This document shows positions 36,510-45,413 of a stretch of DNA of 64,000 nt, one piece after another. Numbering within the stretch: the first letter of the stretch is position 1; each line of letters begins with the position of its first letter. Made by a program: the position numbers and the translations under genes. Origin of the DNA: an uncultured beta proteobacterium (lineage in GTDB: Bacteria > Pseudomonadota > Gammaproteobacteria > Burkholderiales > SG8-39); NCBI GenBank assembly GCA_963789885.1, contig CAWBNB010000017.1, forward strand, positions 13,939-77,938, given 5' to 3'. The notes beneath the pieces were generated by a model that was not told the DNA's origin, did no database searches, and saw only the letters and a list, made by a program, of their open reading frames with translations.

Positions 36510-38309
36510 GGTTCCACCGCCACCACGACGAGGCGGTCGTTGAAAGTCTTGGAGCGCAGCTTTTGCTCGAAGACGTAGTCGGGGACGTCGGAGATGCTGG
36601 CCGGCGTGCTCACGAAGTTCTCGTCCTCGAAGTAGTTCGCGATCGTGTAAGTGCGTACCCCGGAGCCGAGGTTGCGGCCGGCGAGCACGAGAACGGCGCG
36701 GGCCTTTGGCGGCCCGCCGACGACGGTGATGCATGGCAGCGGCGGGGCCGGGCACACGGTCGTGGGGTCACGAGTCCCGAGATCAGCGCGCGCCCTGAAG
36801 CCGTCCGATACCGCGTAGTAGGTCTGACGATGCCAGCCGTTGGCCACGAACCAGTACTCCGGCTGCCCGGAGTTGGTGAGATTGCTGAACGAGAACGGCG
36901 TGCGCGGGAACCTGATCAGCACCGTTCGCGGCGGCGTGATCGTCTGCGGAAGCGTGGCGGTGATCGTCACGCGCAGCCCGCCATCCGCCGCGAGCACGAG
37001 CGCTTTGCTCGAGCGCGGAAGGCGCTACCCCGTCGACCTCCCAGTTGACCAGGTTGACGAATTGATCCGGGTTCATGAGGAGCGATCCCGCGACATTCGT
37101 CAACCGCGCCTGGAACTGGACCTGCAGAGTGGTGCATGCCGGGCCGATGCAGGTGTAGTCGAACGCGCACTCGGCGTAGCCCGAGCCCGCGATATAGCAG
37201 CCGACCGCGGGATTGAACGTGACCGTCCCGGCTCCTGACACGACGTTCAGCGTCGGCGGATCCGGGTCGCCCATGGCCGGCGGCGCATTCCACCGGACAC
37301 GGCTGCCGTCGCCGTCGCTCGTCACCGGCAGCAGCCCGTTGGTCTCCGAATACACGCCGAGGTAGTCGTCGCTGGGGCGCCCGGGGTTGTCGTAGGGTGC
37401 GGCGAACGGGAAGAACCCGCGCCGCTTGTCGCCGTATAGCGCCGTGCCCCAGCGCTCGAAGTAGCCGTTGGCCGCCGCGTCGTTGGTGAGGACGGGGACG
37501 ATCTCTTTTTCGATCCGCTTCGCGACGACCGGCTCCACGATCGCGAACAGGTCCGCGTGCGTGATGATCATCAGCTGATCGTTGAACGGCACGCCCCCGG
37601 GACAATCGGGGCGCTCGCAGCGCGGGCTCTGCTCGTAGATCGTGTCGATGCTCGCGTTCTGCCCCTCGAGATAGTTGGCGACCTTGCAGTTTTCGTCGAT
37701 GCCCCAGGTGCAGGGCGCATCGGTCGACCCGCCCGCGGGGCCGTCGCGCCGTTGCGCCCCGACGACCGTGCCCGGCGCGAACACGATCGCCACGACCCCC
37801 CCGGTCGGCGCCATGCCGGGCACGGTCAAGGTGCCCTGGGTGTCCGAGTTGACCGCGTACGCGGGCGAGTCGGTGAAGTTCTGCGACAGCGCGTACCACA
37901 GCCGTGCGCCGCTGGCGTCGCGGAGATCCGGCAGCCCCAGGGTCTTCCACGGGAGCCGGCCGATATACGAGAAACAGTTGTTGCCGGGGGCGAGGAGGTC
38001 CGCGACGCCGTCATTGTCCCGGTCGGGACACGGCAGACTTCCCGGGTGGTTCAGGTCGAACGCGGCGCGCGCGATCAGCGCTTCCTTCGCCTGTTGAAGC
38101 GCGAGCGCCGTGACGTCCTCCCGGTGCAGGGTCGCTCCCGCAGCCGCGGCGTTCAGCCCGTCGACGATGAGATAGAGGGAGCCGATCACGAGGACCAGCA
38201 GCGTCAGGAGCGCAGCGAAACCGTCCTCCCGGCGCGCGGTCGAGCGCCCGGCGGGACTGCGGGACCGGCTGGCGAACTGCATGACGCTTGCTCGGAACGG
38301 ATCGGTCAA
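36506..38309 (-). pseudogene. large PilX_N-like pilus-associated protein, split by a frameshift near 37000-37025
   Basis: ORF 36783..38309: ..REDGFAALLTLLVLVIGSLYLIV.. (PilX_N-like, no E+5), GSLPCPDRDNDG, IGRLPWKTLGLPDLRD. The sensible sequence ends at ..NLVNWEVDG and resumes in ORF 36506..36997 (..LAADGGLRVTITATLPQ..). Start is TTG 38309 (TTGA overlap) or ATG 38282. Confidence 0.6.
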
Positions 38310-38743
38310 GGCGACGGCGCCTTCGGATTCACTCGGACCGTCCCGCCCTGCAGGCCGTCCTTGACTTCGCCGCGCGTACGATCGAGCGTCTGGCCAATCT
38401 TGACCGTGCCGTCCTGCAGGTGCACCCGCGCCGGGTCGCGGCCCGAATAGGTGTCGTACTGCGGCACGCCGTTGACCCAGGTCGTCGTCTTGCCGCTCGA
38501 CCGGGTGACGTGACCGTTCACCGTTATCGAGCTCTCGATGACGACTTCCTTGTCCTGGATGTTGCTTTCGCGCCGGCGATCGAGGTCCTGCCGCTGCTGC
38601 GGCGTGAAGAACAGGCGGCCGAGCTCGTCGGCGGCCGCCGGGGGCGTCGGCGCGAGGCCCGCGACACCGGCGAGCGCGAGCGCGAGCAGCGCCCGTGCGG
38701 CGATGCGTGACGAATCCCTGCGTCCGACCGTCGTCGTACTCAT
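38306..38743 (-). CDS. small secreted pilus-biogenesis protein (MshK position)
   Basis: ATG 38743 overlaps the upstream stop (ATGA). Signal-like ARALLALALAGVAGLA, then LGRLFFTPQQRQDLDRRR... The assignment rests on position. Confidence 0.4.
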   Translation of the reverse strand: MSTTTVGRRDSSRIAARALLALALAGVAGLAPTPPAAADELGRLFFTPQQRQDLDRRRESNIQDKEVVIESSITVNGHVTRSSGKTTTWVNGVPQYDTYSGRDPARVHLQDGTVKIGQTLDRTRGEVKDGLQGGTVRVNPKAPSP

Positions 38744-39360
38744 GCGGGCCCCATCTTGCGGTCGCGGATGGTGACGAGATCGATCTCGCACGATGCCTGC
38801 AGCCGCGGCGCGAGCCGGCGGTCGGGCGCGGCCGCAGCGACCGCGCTGCGCTGGAGCGTGCACGACCGGATCACCACGTGCGCGCTCAGCACACGGCGCA
38901 GATCGTCCAGGAACCGGAACAGATCGTCTTCATGGAGCAGCGCCATGTCGACCTTCATCGGGCTCGCCATGAATTCGACGTCGCCCCCGCCGGCGAGGCC
39001 TGGGTAGTCGACGGGCCGCTGCGTGTCGATCGAGTACTTGACGTCGAACAGCTTGCGCGCCGCCTTGATCTCGCCGATCCGGTCGACCCAGTCGAGCCGC
39101 CGCTCGTCGCCGATCACGCCGCGGTCGAGAAGCTTGCGGTAGTCGAGGAGCCGGTCGCGGATCTCGCGCTCCTCATCGGTCGCGCGCTCGAGCTTGCTCT
39201 GCGCCGACTGCCGCTCGGCCGTAGCGGCCTGCTGTTCGCCGGTCGCCTTGCTCACGAGCTGCTGCGTGAGGACGAGCGCCGCAACTCCCCCGGCGACCAG
39301 CGCCGCCGCCAGGATCCCCGGCATTGCGAGCCGCTGCCCTGCGCTCGGTGGAAGCTTCAT
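38740..39360 (-). CDS. PilO/MshJ-like pilus assembly protein
   Basis: 206 aa. A single TM (GILAAALVAGGVAALVL), a coiled coil, then a C-terminal alpha/beta region. ATGA overlap with the upstream gene. Confidence 0.55.
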   Translation of the reverse strand: MKLPPSAGQRLAMPGILAAALVAGGVAALVLTQQLVSKATGEQQAATAERQSAQSKLERATDEEREIRDRLLDYRKLLDRGVIGDERRLDWVDRIGEIKAARKLFDVKYSIDTQRPVDYPGLAGGGDVEFMASPMKVDMALLHEDDLFRFLDDLRRVLSAHVVIRSCTLQRSAVAAAAPDRRLAPRLQASCEIDLVTIRDRKMGPA

Positions 39361-40958
39361 TCGCCGATCCTCCGCGCCACCGTGACCGTGAACTCCGGCA
39401 CCCCAGCGGACGCCTCGATTCCGGTGTCGCCGCTGAGCCGCGTCTGCGAGCCGGTCTCGAACGGCATCTTCGCCTGGAGCACCTCGACCCCGGGACGTTT
39501 GCGAAGCGCGTCGAGGAACTCGTTGATCGTGAGGTTGATGCTGCGGTAGTCGGTGGTCTTGACCCCCATGACCTTGCCGGTCAGCTCCGCCACCTCGTAC
39601 AAGCCGCCGCTCGCGGAGCCCGGCGCCGCCGGTGGCGGCACCGGCGCCGCCTGCGCCCCGCCCGCCGGAGGCCGCGCCCCGCTGGCGTCCTTGATGCGGT
39701 CCTTCGGGTTCACCGCCAGTGCCCACTGGACTCGCTCGACCTCGATCTTGGGCGAGGCGTCGACGGCGCGGGACACCTCGACGATGAGCCGGTCCGGGGT
39801 GGCGGACTGCTTGCTGAGGAGCCCCCATTTCTGCATGGTCACGCGCAAGTTCTCGGTCGTGGTCGGGAGCTTGGGGAAGCGCGCCGTCACGCGGGCGTAG
39901 GCGTCGGCCGCGGCGCGGACGCGATCGCGATCGACCTGCGCCTGGTCCTCGAGGCGGAAGTACTGCATGAGCTGCAGACCGGCGTAACCGAGCATCACCA
40001 GGCACACCACCGCTCCGCCGGTGATCAGGCCGGCGCGCAGCTGGCGCACGCGATAGAACTGGCGGAGGTTCTCCCCGGCGTACTGCTCGGCCGGGGCGTG
40101 CCGGGCGAGGAGATGCAGGTACAGCACCTCCGCGCCAGACCCTTCCGGATAGTCCCTGAGCCCGATCGCGCTCGCGGCCTCGCCGAGCTCGATCACCCCG
40201 ATCCTGACCTGCGGCATGCTCGGGGCCGCCGCCTGCACCCGCCGCTTCTCGCCGTTCGGCGCGACCAGCACCGCGTCGATCGGCCCGCCCTCGCGCGCGA
40301 CCACCCGCATCGCGGTGAGGTACTGGTAGACGCGCGTCGTCTCGCGATCGAACGCCTCGGCGACCCGGTTCGGATCGGCGGCGTCGGCCGCCTCCAGCGG
40401 TCCGAGGCGACTGAAGCGGATCCGCCCGCCCTCGACGAAGCTCTGGCGCAGGCCCGCCTGCTGGAGCGTCACGAGCAGCACCGGCGCCTTCTTCGGGCCG
40501 ATCTTGCGCGCGAGCTGCGGTGCGACAAGCGCCACCGAGTACACGCCCGCGACCGCCGCCTCCCGCTCGCGCAGCACGTTCAGCCAGGGCTGGAACTGCG
40601 CGTTGTTCGTGAACGAGCTGAGCAGGAGCCGCTCGTCGCGGCGCTGGGTCTTCTCGAACCCGAGGGAGAGGGCGAGCGAGAGGCTCGTGTCGCGGTAGCG
40701 CTGCGCGAGCTTGCGGCCGACCAGCGTGCGGCGGTCCGCACCCCGCACGAACGGGATCGTCTCCTGGTGGAAATCCTCCTCCACGATGTCCACCAGCACG
40801 TAGAAGAGGCCGGTGGGCGCGGCCCGGAACTGGGCCGCGAAGGCCTGTGCGCCCTCCTCGTTGTTGGCGAAGGACGACTCGACCGTGAGGCGGCCGTGCG
40901 TCGAGCGGTACAGCACCACCCGGGTCGCGGCGAAGTAGAGGAGGCGTTTCTCGGCCAT
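39357..40958 (-). CDS. PilM-PilN fusion-type (MshI-like) pilus assembly protein
   Basis: 533 aa from ATG 40958. A cytoplasmic PilM-like half, a central TM (LITGGAVVCLVMLGYAGLQL), and a periplasmic PilN-like half with a Pro/Ala linker. Confidence 0.55.
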   Translation of the reverse strand: MAEKRLLYFAATRVVLYRSTHGRLTVESSFANNEEGAQAFAAQFRAAPTGLFYVLVDIVEEDFHQETIPFVRGADRRTLVGRKLAQRYRDTSLSLALSLGFEKTQRRDERLLLSSFTNNAQFQPWLNVLREREAAVAGVYSVALVAPQLARKIGPKKAPVLLVTLQQAGLRQSFVEGGRIRFSRLGPLEAADAADPNRVAEAFDRETTRVYQYLTAMRVVAREGGPIDAVLVAPNGEKRRVQAAAPSMPQVRIGVIELGEAASAIGLRDYPEGSGAEVLYLHLLARHAPAEQYAGENLRQFYRVRQLRAGLITGGAVVCLVMLGYAGLQLMQYFRLEDQAQVDRDRVRAAADAYARVTARFPKLPTTTENLRVTMQKWGLLSKQSATPDRLIVEVSRAVDASPKIEVERVQWALAVNPKDRIKDASGARPPAGGAQAAPVPPPAAPGSASGGLYEVAELTGKVMGVKTTDYRSINLTINEFLDALRKRPGVEVLQAKMPFETGSQTRLSGDTGIEASAGVPEFTVTVARRIGE

Positions 40959-40963
40959 GCGCT

Positions 40964-42163
40964 TCAGAACTTGAGCTTGCTGATCATGTCGTAGATCGGC
41001 CCGAGGACCGACAGCATCACCCAGCCGAGCAGCACGCCCATCACCACCGTCAGCGTGGGTTCGATCATGACCTGGATCTTGGCGATGCCCTCGCGGACCT
41101 CGCGGTTGTAGAAGTAGCTCACGTTCGCGAGCGCGGTGTCGAGCGCGCCGGTGCTCTCGCCGACCCGGAGCATGCGCACGACGAGCGGCGGGAACATGCC
41201 GACGTCCTGGAACGCCGCGGTGACGTTCTTGCCTTCGCCGATCTCCTGGCCGACGTTGTGCAGGGCTTCCTGGATCACCGCGTTGCCGGTGGTCTCCTCG
41301 GAGCTGCGGATGGCGTCGAGGATCGTGATCCCCGAGGAGTACATGAGTGCGAACACGCTCGCGAACCGCGACAGGATGATCTTGCGGAGGATCGGTCCGA
41401 TGACCGGGAGCTGGAGCTTGAGCCCGTCGAGCCGGTAGCGCAGGACCGGGTTCGTCTGGGCCGCGAACTTGATCCCGAAGAAGATGATGAACGGCGCCGA
41501 GAGCACGATCCACCAGAAGCTCACCAGGAAGTTCGAGACCGCGATCAGGAGCCGCGTGTGCAGCGGGAGGGTCTGGCCCATCGTCTTGATCAAGCTGACC
41601 ATCTGCGGAACCAGGTAGACCATCAGGAAGAACGTCACCCCGAGCACCACCGCGCCGACGAACAGGGGATACATCACCAGTTTTTTCGTCTGCGCCTTGA
41701 GCTCGTCCTCCCACTTCAGGTTCTCGACCAGGCTGCGGAGCACTTCCGGGAGCCGGCCCGTCTCCTCGCCGGCCTTCACGAGCGCGCGAAACACCGGGCT
41801 GAACGTCTCGGGGTAGTTGCTCAGCGCGCCGGAGAGGTTCTGTCCGCCCTGAATGCCTTCGATCAGGCCGGAGATCACCTCCCGGAACCGGGGGTTCTCG
41901 ACGCTGTCGCGGAGATCGGTGAGCCCTTCGACGACCGGCACGCCGGAGGAGCTGAGCTGCTCGAGATGGAAGCAGAAATTGATGAGCTCCGGCCGCTTCA
42001 CCCCGCGGCCGAAGCCCACGGCGCGCTTGGTCGGTCCGCCGACGACCAGGTCGAGTCCCATGCGCTTCAGGCGCAACTCGAGGTCGACCACGTTCAACGC
42101 GTCGATCTGGCCGAGGATGGCCTTCCCGTTCACGTCGATCGCCTTGTAATTGAAGAGCGCCAT
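40964..42163 (-). CDS. GspF/PilC-family inner-membrane platform protein (MshG-like)
   Basis: 399 aa. Duplicated T2SSF domains (..LSGALSNYPETFSPVFRALVKAGEETG.. and ..VTAAFQDVGMFPPLVVRMLRVGESTG..) and 3 TM. Confidence 0.9.
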   Translation of the reverse strand: MALFNYKAIDVNGKAILGQIDALNVVDLELRLKRMGLDLVVGGPTKRAVGFGRGVKRPELINFCFHLEQLSSSGVPVVEGLTDLRDSVENPRFREVISGLIEGIQGGQNLSGALSNYPETFSPVFRALVKAGEETGRLPEVLRSLVENLKWEDELKAQTKKLVMYPLFVGAVVLGVTFFLMVYLVPQMVSLIKTMGQTLPLHTRLLIAVSNFLVSFWWIVLSAPFIIFFGIKFAAQTNPVLRYRLDGLKLQLPVIGPILRKIILSRFASVFALMYSSGITILDAIRSSEETTGNAVIQEALHNVGQEIGEGKNVTAAFQDVGMFPPLVVRMLRVGESTGALDTALANVSYFYNREVREGIAKIQVMIEPTLTVVMGVLLGWVMLSVLGPIYDMISKLKF

Positions 42164-42235
42164 TGGCGGGCCGGATTTCTGCCGAAGCTGGAGGATAACG
42201 CTTTGTCGCGCCGAGGAAAACTCGCAAATTCCGGC

Positions 42236-42259
42236 CCCGCGTGACCCCCGTCACGCGGG
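42236..42259. other. perfect GC-rich inverted repeat (10-bp arms, 4-nt loop) between ATPase and platform genes
   Basis: CCCGCGTGAC-CCCC-GTCACGCGGG in the 122-nt gap 42164..42285. Confidence 0.6.
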
Positions 42260-42285
42260 CTCCCCGGCGGGGGTTACACGGGGGC

Positions 42286-43998
42286 TTACATGCGGTCGGT
42301 GAGGTCGACCACCCGCATCAGCTCGTCGATCGAGGTGGACCCGTCGAGGACCCGCCGGGCGCCGTCGTCGGCGAGGGTGCGGAAACCCTTGGCGAGGGCC
42401 GACTTGAGGAGCTCGCGGGCGGTTGCCTTGTTCGCCATCAGCTCGTCGATCTCGCCGTCGATCTTCAGGAGCTCCATGATCGCGAGACGTCCGCGGTACC
42501 CCTGATAGTCGCAGTGGTCGCAGCCGACCGCCCGATACAGCGTCGGGGGCTTCGCGTCCGGCTTCACGCCGAGGAGCTTGCAGTCGCCGGCGTTCGCGAC
42601 ATAGGGCTGCCGGCAGTGGCGGCAGAGCTTGCGGACGAGGCGCTGGGCGACCACGCCGATGATGTTGCCGGCCATGATCTCCGGGGAGAGGCCGATGTCG
42701 ACGAGACGCGGGACCGCGCCGAGCGAGGAGTTGGTGTGGAGCGTCGAGTAAACCTGATGGCCCGTCATCGCGGCGCGGAAGGCCATCTGGGCGGTGTCCT
42801 CGTCGCGGATCTCGCCCACCAGGATCACGTCCGGATCCTGCCGCATCAGCGACCGGATGCCGTTCGCGAAATCGAGCTTCGCCGCCTCGTTGACCGAGGT
42901 CTGGCGGATCAGCGTCATCGGGTACTCGACCGGATCTTCCAGGGTCATGACGTTGATGCCGTCATGGTTGATGTGGTTGAGGATCGAGTAGAGCGTGGTC
43001 GTCTTGCCGCTGCCGGTCGGGCCGGTCACGAGGATGATCCCCTCGGGCCGCTGGATCATCTTCTTCAGCATCGAGAGCTGCTCGGGCTGCAGCCCGAGCT
43101 GGTCGAGCGGCACGATGCCCTTCTGGCGGTCGAGGATCCGCAGGACGATGTTCTCGCCGTGCGTCGTGACCTGCGAGGCCACCCGGAAGTCCACCTGCCG
43201 GCCGGTGAGCGAGAGCGAGATCCGGCCGTCCTGCGGTGCGCGGGTCTCGGCGATGTTCATCTTCGCCATCACCTTGATGCGCACCGCCATCGCCGGCCAG
43301 TAGGTCTTGTGCAGGCTGCGGATCTGCCGCAGCACGCCGTCGATCCGGTAGCGGATGCGCAGGAAGTTCTGCTCCGGCTCGAAGTGGATGTCCGAGGCGG
43401 CGCGCTCGACTGCGTCGGCGAGGAGCGCCGAGATCAGGCGCACCACCGGCTGCGAGTACTCGTCGCCGCTCGCCTGCAGGCTCTGGTAGTCGATCTCCCC
43501 GGTCTCGATCTCGTGCAGGATGCCGTCGATCGAGAGCTCGTGGCCGTAGAACTGCTCGATGGCGCGGGCGATCTCCGATTCGCCCGCGAGCCGGAGCTCG
43601 ATCTCGTGCTCGCCGCGCAGCTGCGCCCGCACCTGGTCGAGCGCGACGATGTTGTTCGTGTCCGAGATCGCGAGGATCAGGCGCTTGCGGTCCTTGTCGA
43701 GCGCGACCGGGAAGAGGTTGTGCCGCTTGGCGAACTCGCGCGGCACGATCCGGATTGCCCCGGGGTCGACGACGATCTGCGACAGGTCGACCGACTGCAG
43801 CCCGAGCTTCTCGCTCAGGGCATCGCGCAGCGTGGCTTCGGAGACGAAACCGAGCTGCACCAATAGCTTCCCCACCGGCTGGCGGGATTTCAGCTGCTCG
43901 AGCAGGGCGATCCGCAGCTGATCCTCGGTGAGGATCCCCTGCGAAATCAGAATCTGCCCGATGTGCCGCTTGGCTTGCGGGGATGCCGGGGAATTCAT
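42286..43998 (-). CDS. GspE/PilB-family assembly ATPase with N-terminal MshEN-type domain (MshE-like)
   Basis: 570 aa. Walker A GPTGSGKTT, Asp/His boxes, tetracysteine CRHC..CDHC. The N-terminus carries two 24-residue MshEN-like motifs. Confidence 0.9.
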   Translation of the reverse strand: MNSPASPQAKRHIGQILISQGILTEDQLRIALLEQLKSRQPVGKLLVQLGFVSEATLRDALSEKLGLQSVDLSQIVVDPGAIRIVPREFAKRHNLFPVALDKDRKRLILAISDTNNIVALDQVRAQLRGEHEIELRLAGESEIARAIEQFYGHELSIDGILHEIETGEIDYQSLQASGDEYSQPVVRLISALLADAVERAASDIHFEPEQNFLRIRYRIDGVLRQIRSLHKTYWPAMAVRIKVMAKMNIAETRAPQDGRISLSLTGRQVDFRVASQVTTHGENIVLRILDRQKGIVPLDQLGLQPEQLSMLKKMIQRPEGIILVTGPTGSGKTTTLYSILNHINHDGINVMTLEDPVEYPMTLIRQTSVNEAAKLDFANGIRSLMRQDPDVILVGEIRDEDTAQMAFRAAMTGHQVYSTLHTNSSLGAVPRLVDIGLSPEIMAGNIIGVVAQRLVRKLCRHCRQPYVANAGDCKLLGVKPDAKPPTLYRAVGCDHCDYQGYRGRLAIMELLKIDGEIDELMANKATARELLKSALAKGFRTLADDGARRVLDGSTSIDELMRVVDLTDRM

Positions 43999-44015
43999 TG
44001 AACGGGTGGGGCCCG

Positions 44016-45413
44016 TCAGCGCGTCAGTTCACGGATTCTTGCTTCGACTTGGATGCTATTGAATCCCACCGCGCGGTTCCCGGCAAGCGCCAGCGCCCGG
44101 CGGTAGTACTCGAGCGCCAGCTTCCTCTGGCCGAGGTGATCCAGGCTGACCGCGAGGTTGTAGGCGTAGTCAGGATTGTCCGAGTCGGCGGAAAAAGCCC
44201 TGAAATAAGCCGCTTGGGCGTCCGACCACCGCCCTTGGGCGGCGTATTGGTTACCGAGCGGAAAGTTCAGGAAGGCCGCTTCCGGCTGCTGCGTGAGCAT
44301 GTTCTTGATGCGGCTCTCGGACTGGAGCGGATCGGTCTGCCCGCGCAGCGAGATCAGGCCAGCCTGTGCGTACGGGTCGCGCGGATCGAGTTCGAGCACC
44401 CGCAGATACCGTACCTCGGCGGCCTCGAAATTCTGGGTGCGTGCATCGATCGTCGCAAGTCCGAGCAGCGCATCACGGTCGCGCGGGTTCGCACGGAGCG
44501 CGCGCTGGTAAGCGTCCCGCGCGCGCGGGAGATCGCCCGCCTGGAGTGCTTCCCAGGCGCTCTCGACCACCGGATCGACGTGCGGGCCGCCGGTCGTGAC
44601 CCGGATCGGCAAACTCGGCGCCGTCGCGGCGGCGCGGGGCTCGCCGCCCTCGCCCGGGGCGGGCGCCGGCCGTGCGCTAGCCGGGCGCGACGATTCGGGC
44701 CGGCTCGTCCGCGTCACGCCCGAGGGCGTCGGTTGCGGCGCGGGCGGAACTGCTGCGGCCGCAGCTGCCGGCGCGGTCTGCGCCAAGGTGGTCGGTGCGG
44801 GGCTTGCCGTCTGAGTCGGATCGCTCGGTGTCGGTGCCGGGGCGGACGCCGTCGGTGCCTGCGTCGCAGCGGGCGGCTGTGGCGGCGTGGCGGCTGCGGT
44901 CACGGGTTGCGGCGCCTTTGCCGCCGGCGCCGGGCTGTAGAAGGACGGCCGGGGTCCGAAGAACTCCCAGGCGAAGTAGCCCAGCGTGCCGACGATGGCG
45001 ATGCCCAGGACCCCCACGACGATGTAGAACGGACGCCGCGGGTCGTAGTCGGGGGTCTTGGCCTCGAACATCTGCCGCGCGGCGGCGCGATCGTCGTTCT
45101 CGGTCGCTGCGGTCGCGCTCGCCGCTGAGGCGGCCGGCGCGAGGCCCGCCGCGGCGGTCGCCGACGGTGCGTCGCGGCGTGCGCCGGCCGAGGGCAGGTC
45201 TTCGGAGAGGATCTCGAGCGGCTGCGTGATGTCGGGCAGCCGGTCGCGGGTGATTAGCGGGCGCTCGCCGGCGTCGGCGGGCGTCGGCTCCAGCGAGAGT
45301 CCGACCCCCAAGTCGGCCGGCGCGACGGTGTCTTCGCCCTGTTGCCCCGAGGCGTTCTGCTTGGCGAGCTCCGCCTTCTTCAGGGCCTCGAGCAACAAGC
45401 TCACTGCGGGCAC
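44016..45413 (-). CDS. TM-anchored TPR protein (MshN-like)
   Basis: N-terminal SLLLEALKKAELAKQ, a TM (FYIVVGVLGIAIVGTLGYF), a long Pro/Ala/Thr linker, and C-terminal TPR repeats. GTG at 45413, or 45404 (GTGA overlap with the secretin stop). Confidence 0.7.
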   Translation of the reverse strand: MPAVSLLLEALKKAELAKQNASGQQGEDTVAPADLGVGLSLEPTPADAGERPLITRDRLPDITQPLEILSEDLPSAGARRDAPSATAAAGLAPAASAASATAATENDDRAAARQMFEAKTPDYDPRRPFYIVVGVLGIAIVGTLGYFAWEFFGPRPSFYSPAPAAKAPQPVTAAATPPQPPAATQAPTASAPAPTPSDPTQTASPAPTTLAQTAPAAAAAAVPPAPQPTPSGVTRTSRPESSRPASARPAPAPGEGGEPRAAATAPSLPIRVTTGGPHVDPVVESAWEALQAGDLPRARDAYQRALRANPRDRDALLGLATIDARTQNFEAAEVRYLRVLELDPRDPYAQAGLISLRGQTDPLQSESRIKNMLTQQPEAAFLNFPLGNQYAAQGRWSDAQAAYFRAFSADSDNPDYAYNLAVSLDHLGQRKLALEYYRRALALAGNRAVGFNSIQVEARIRELTR

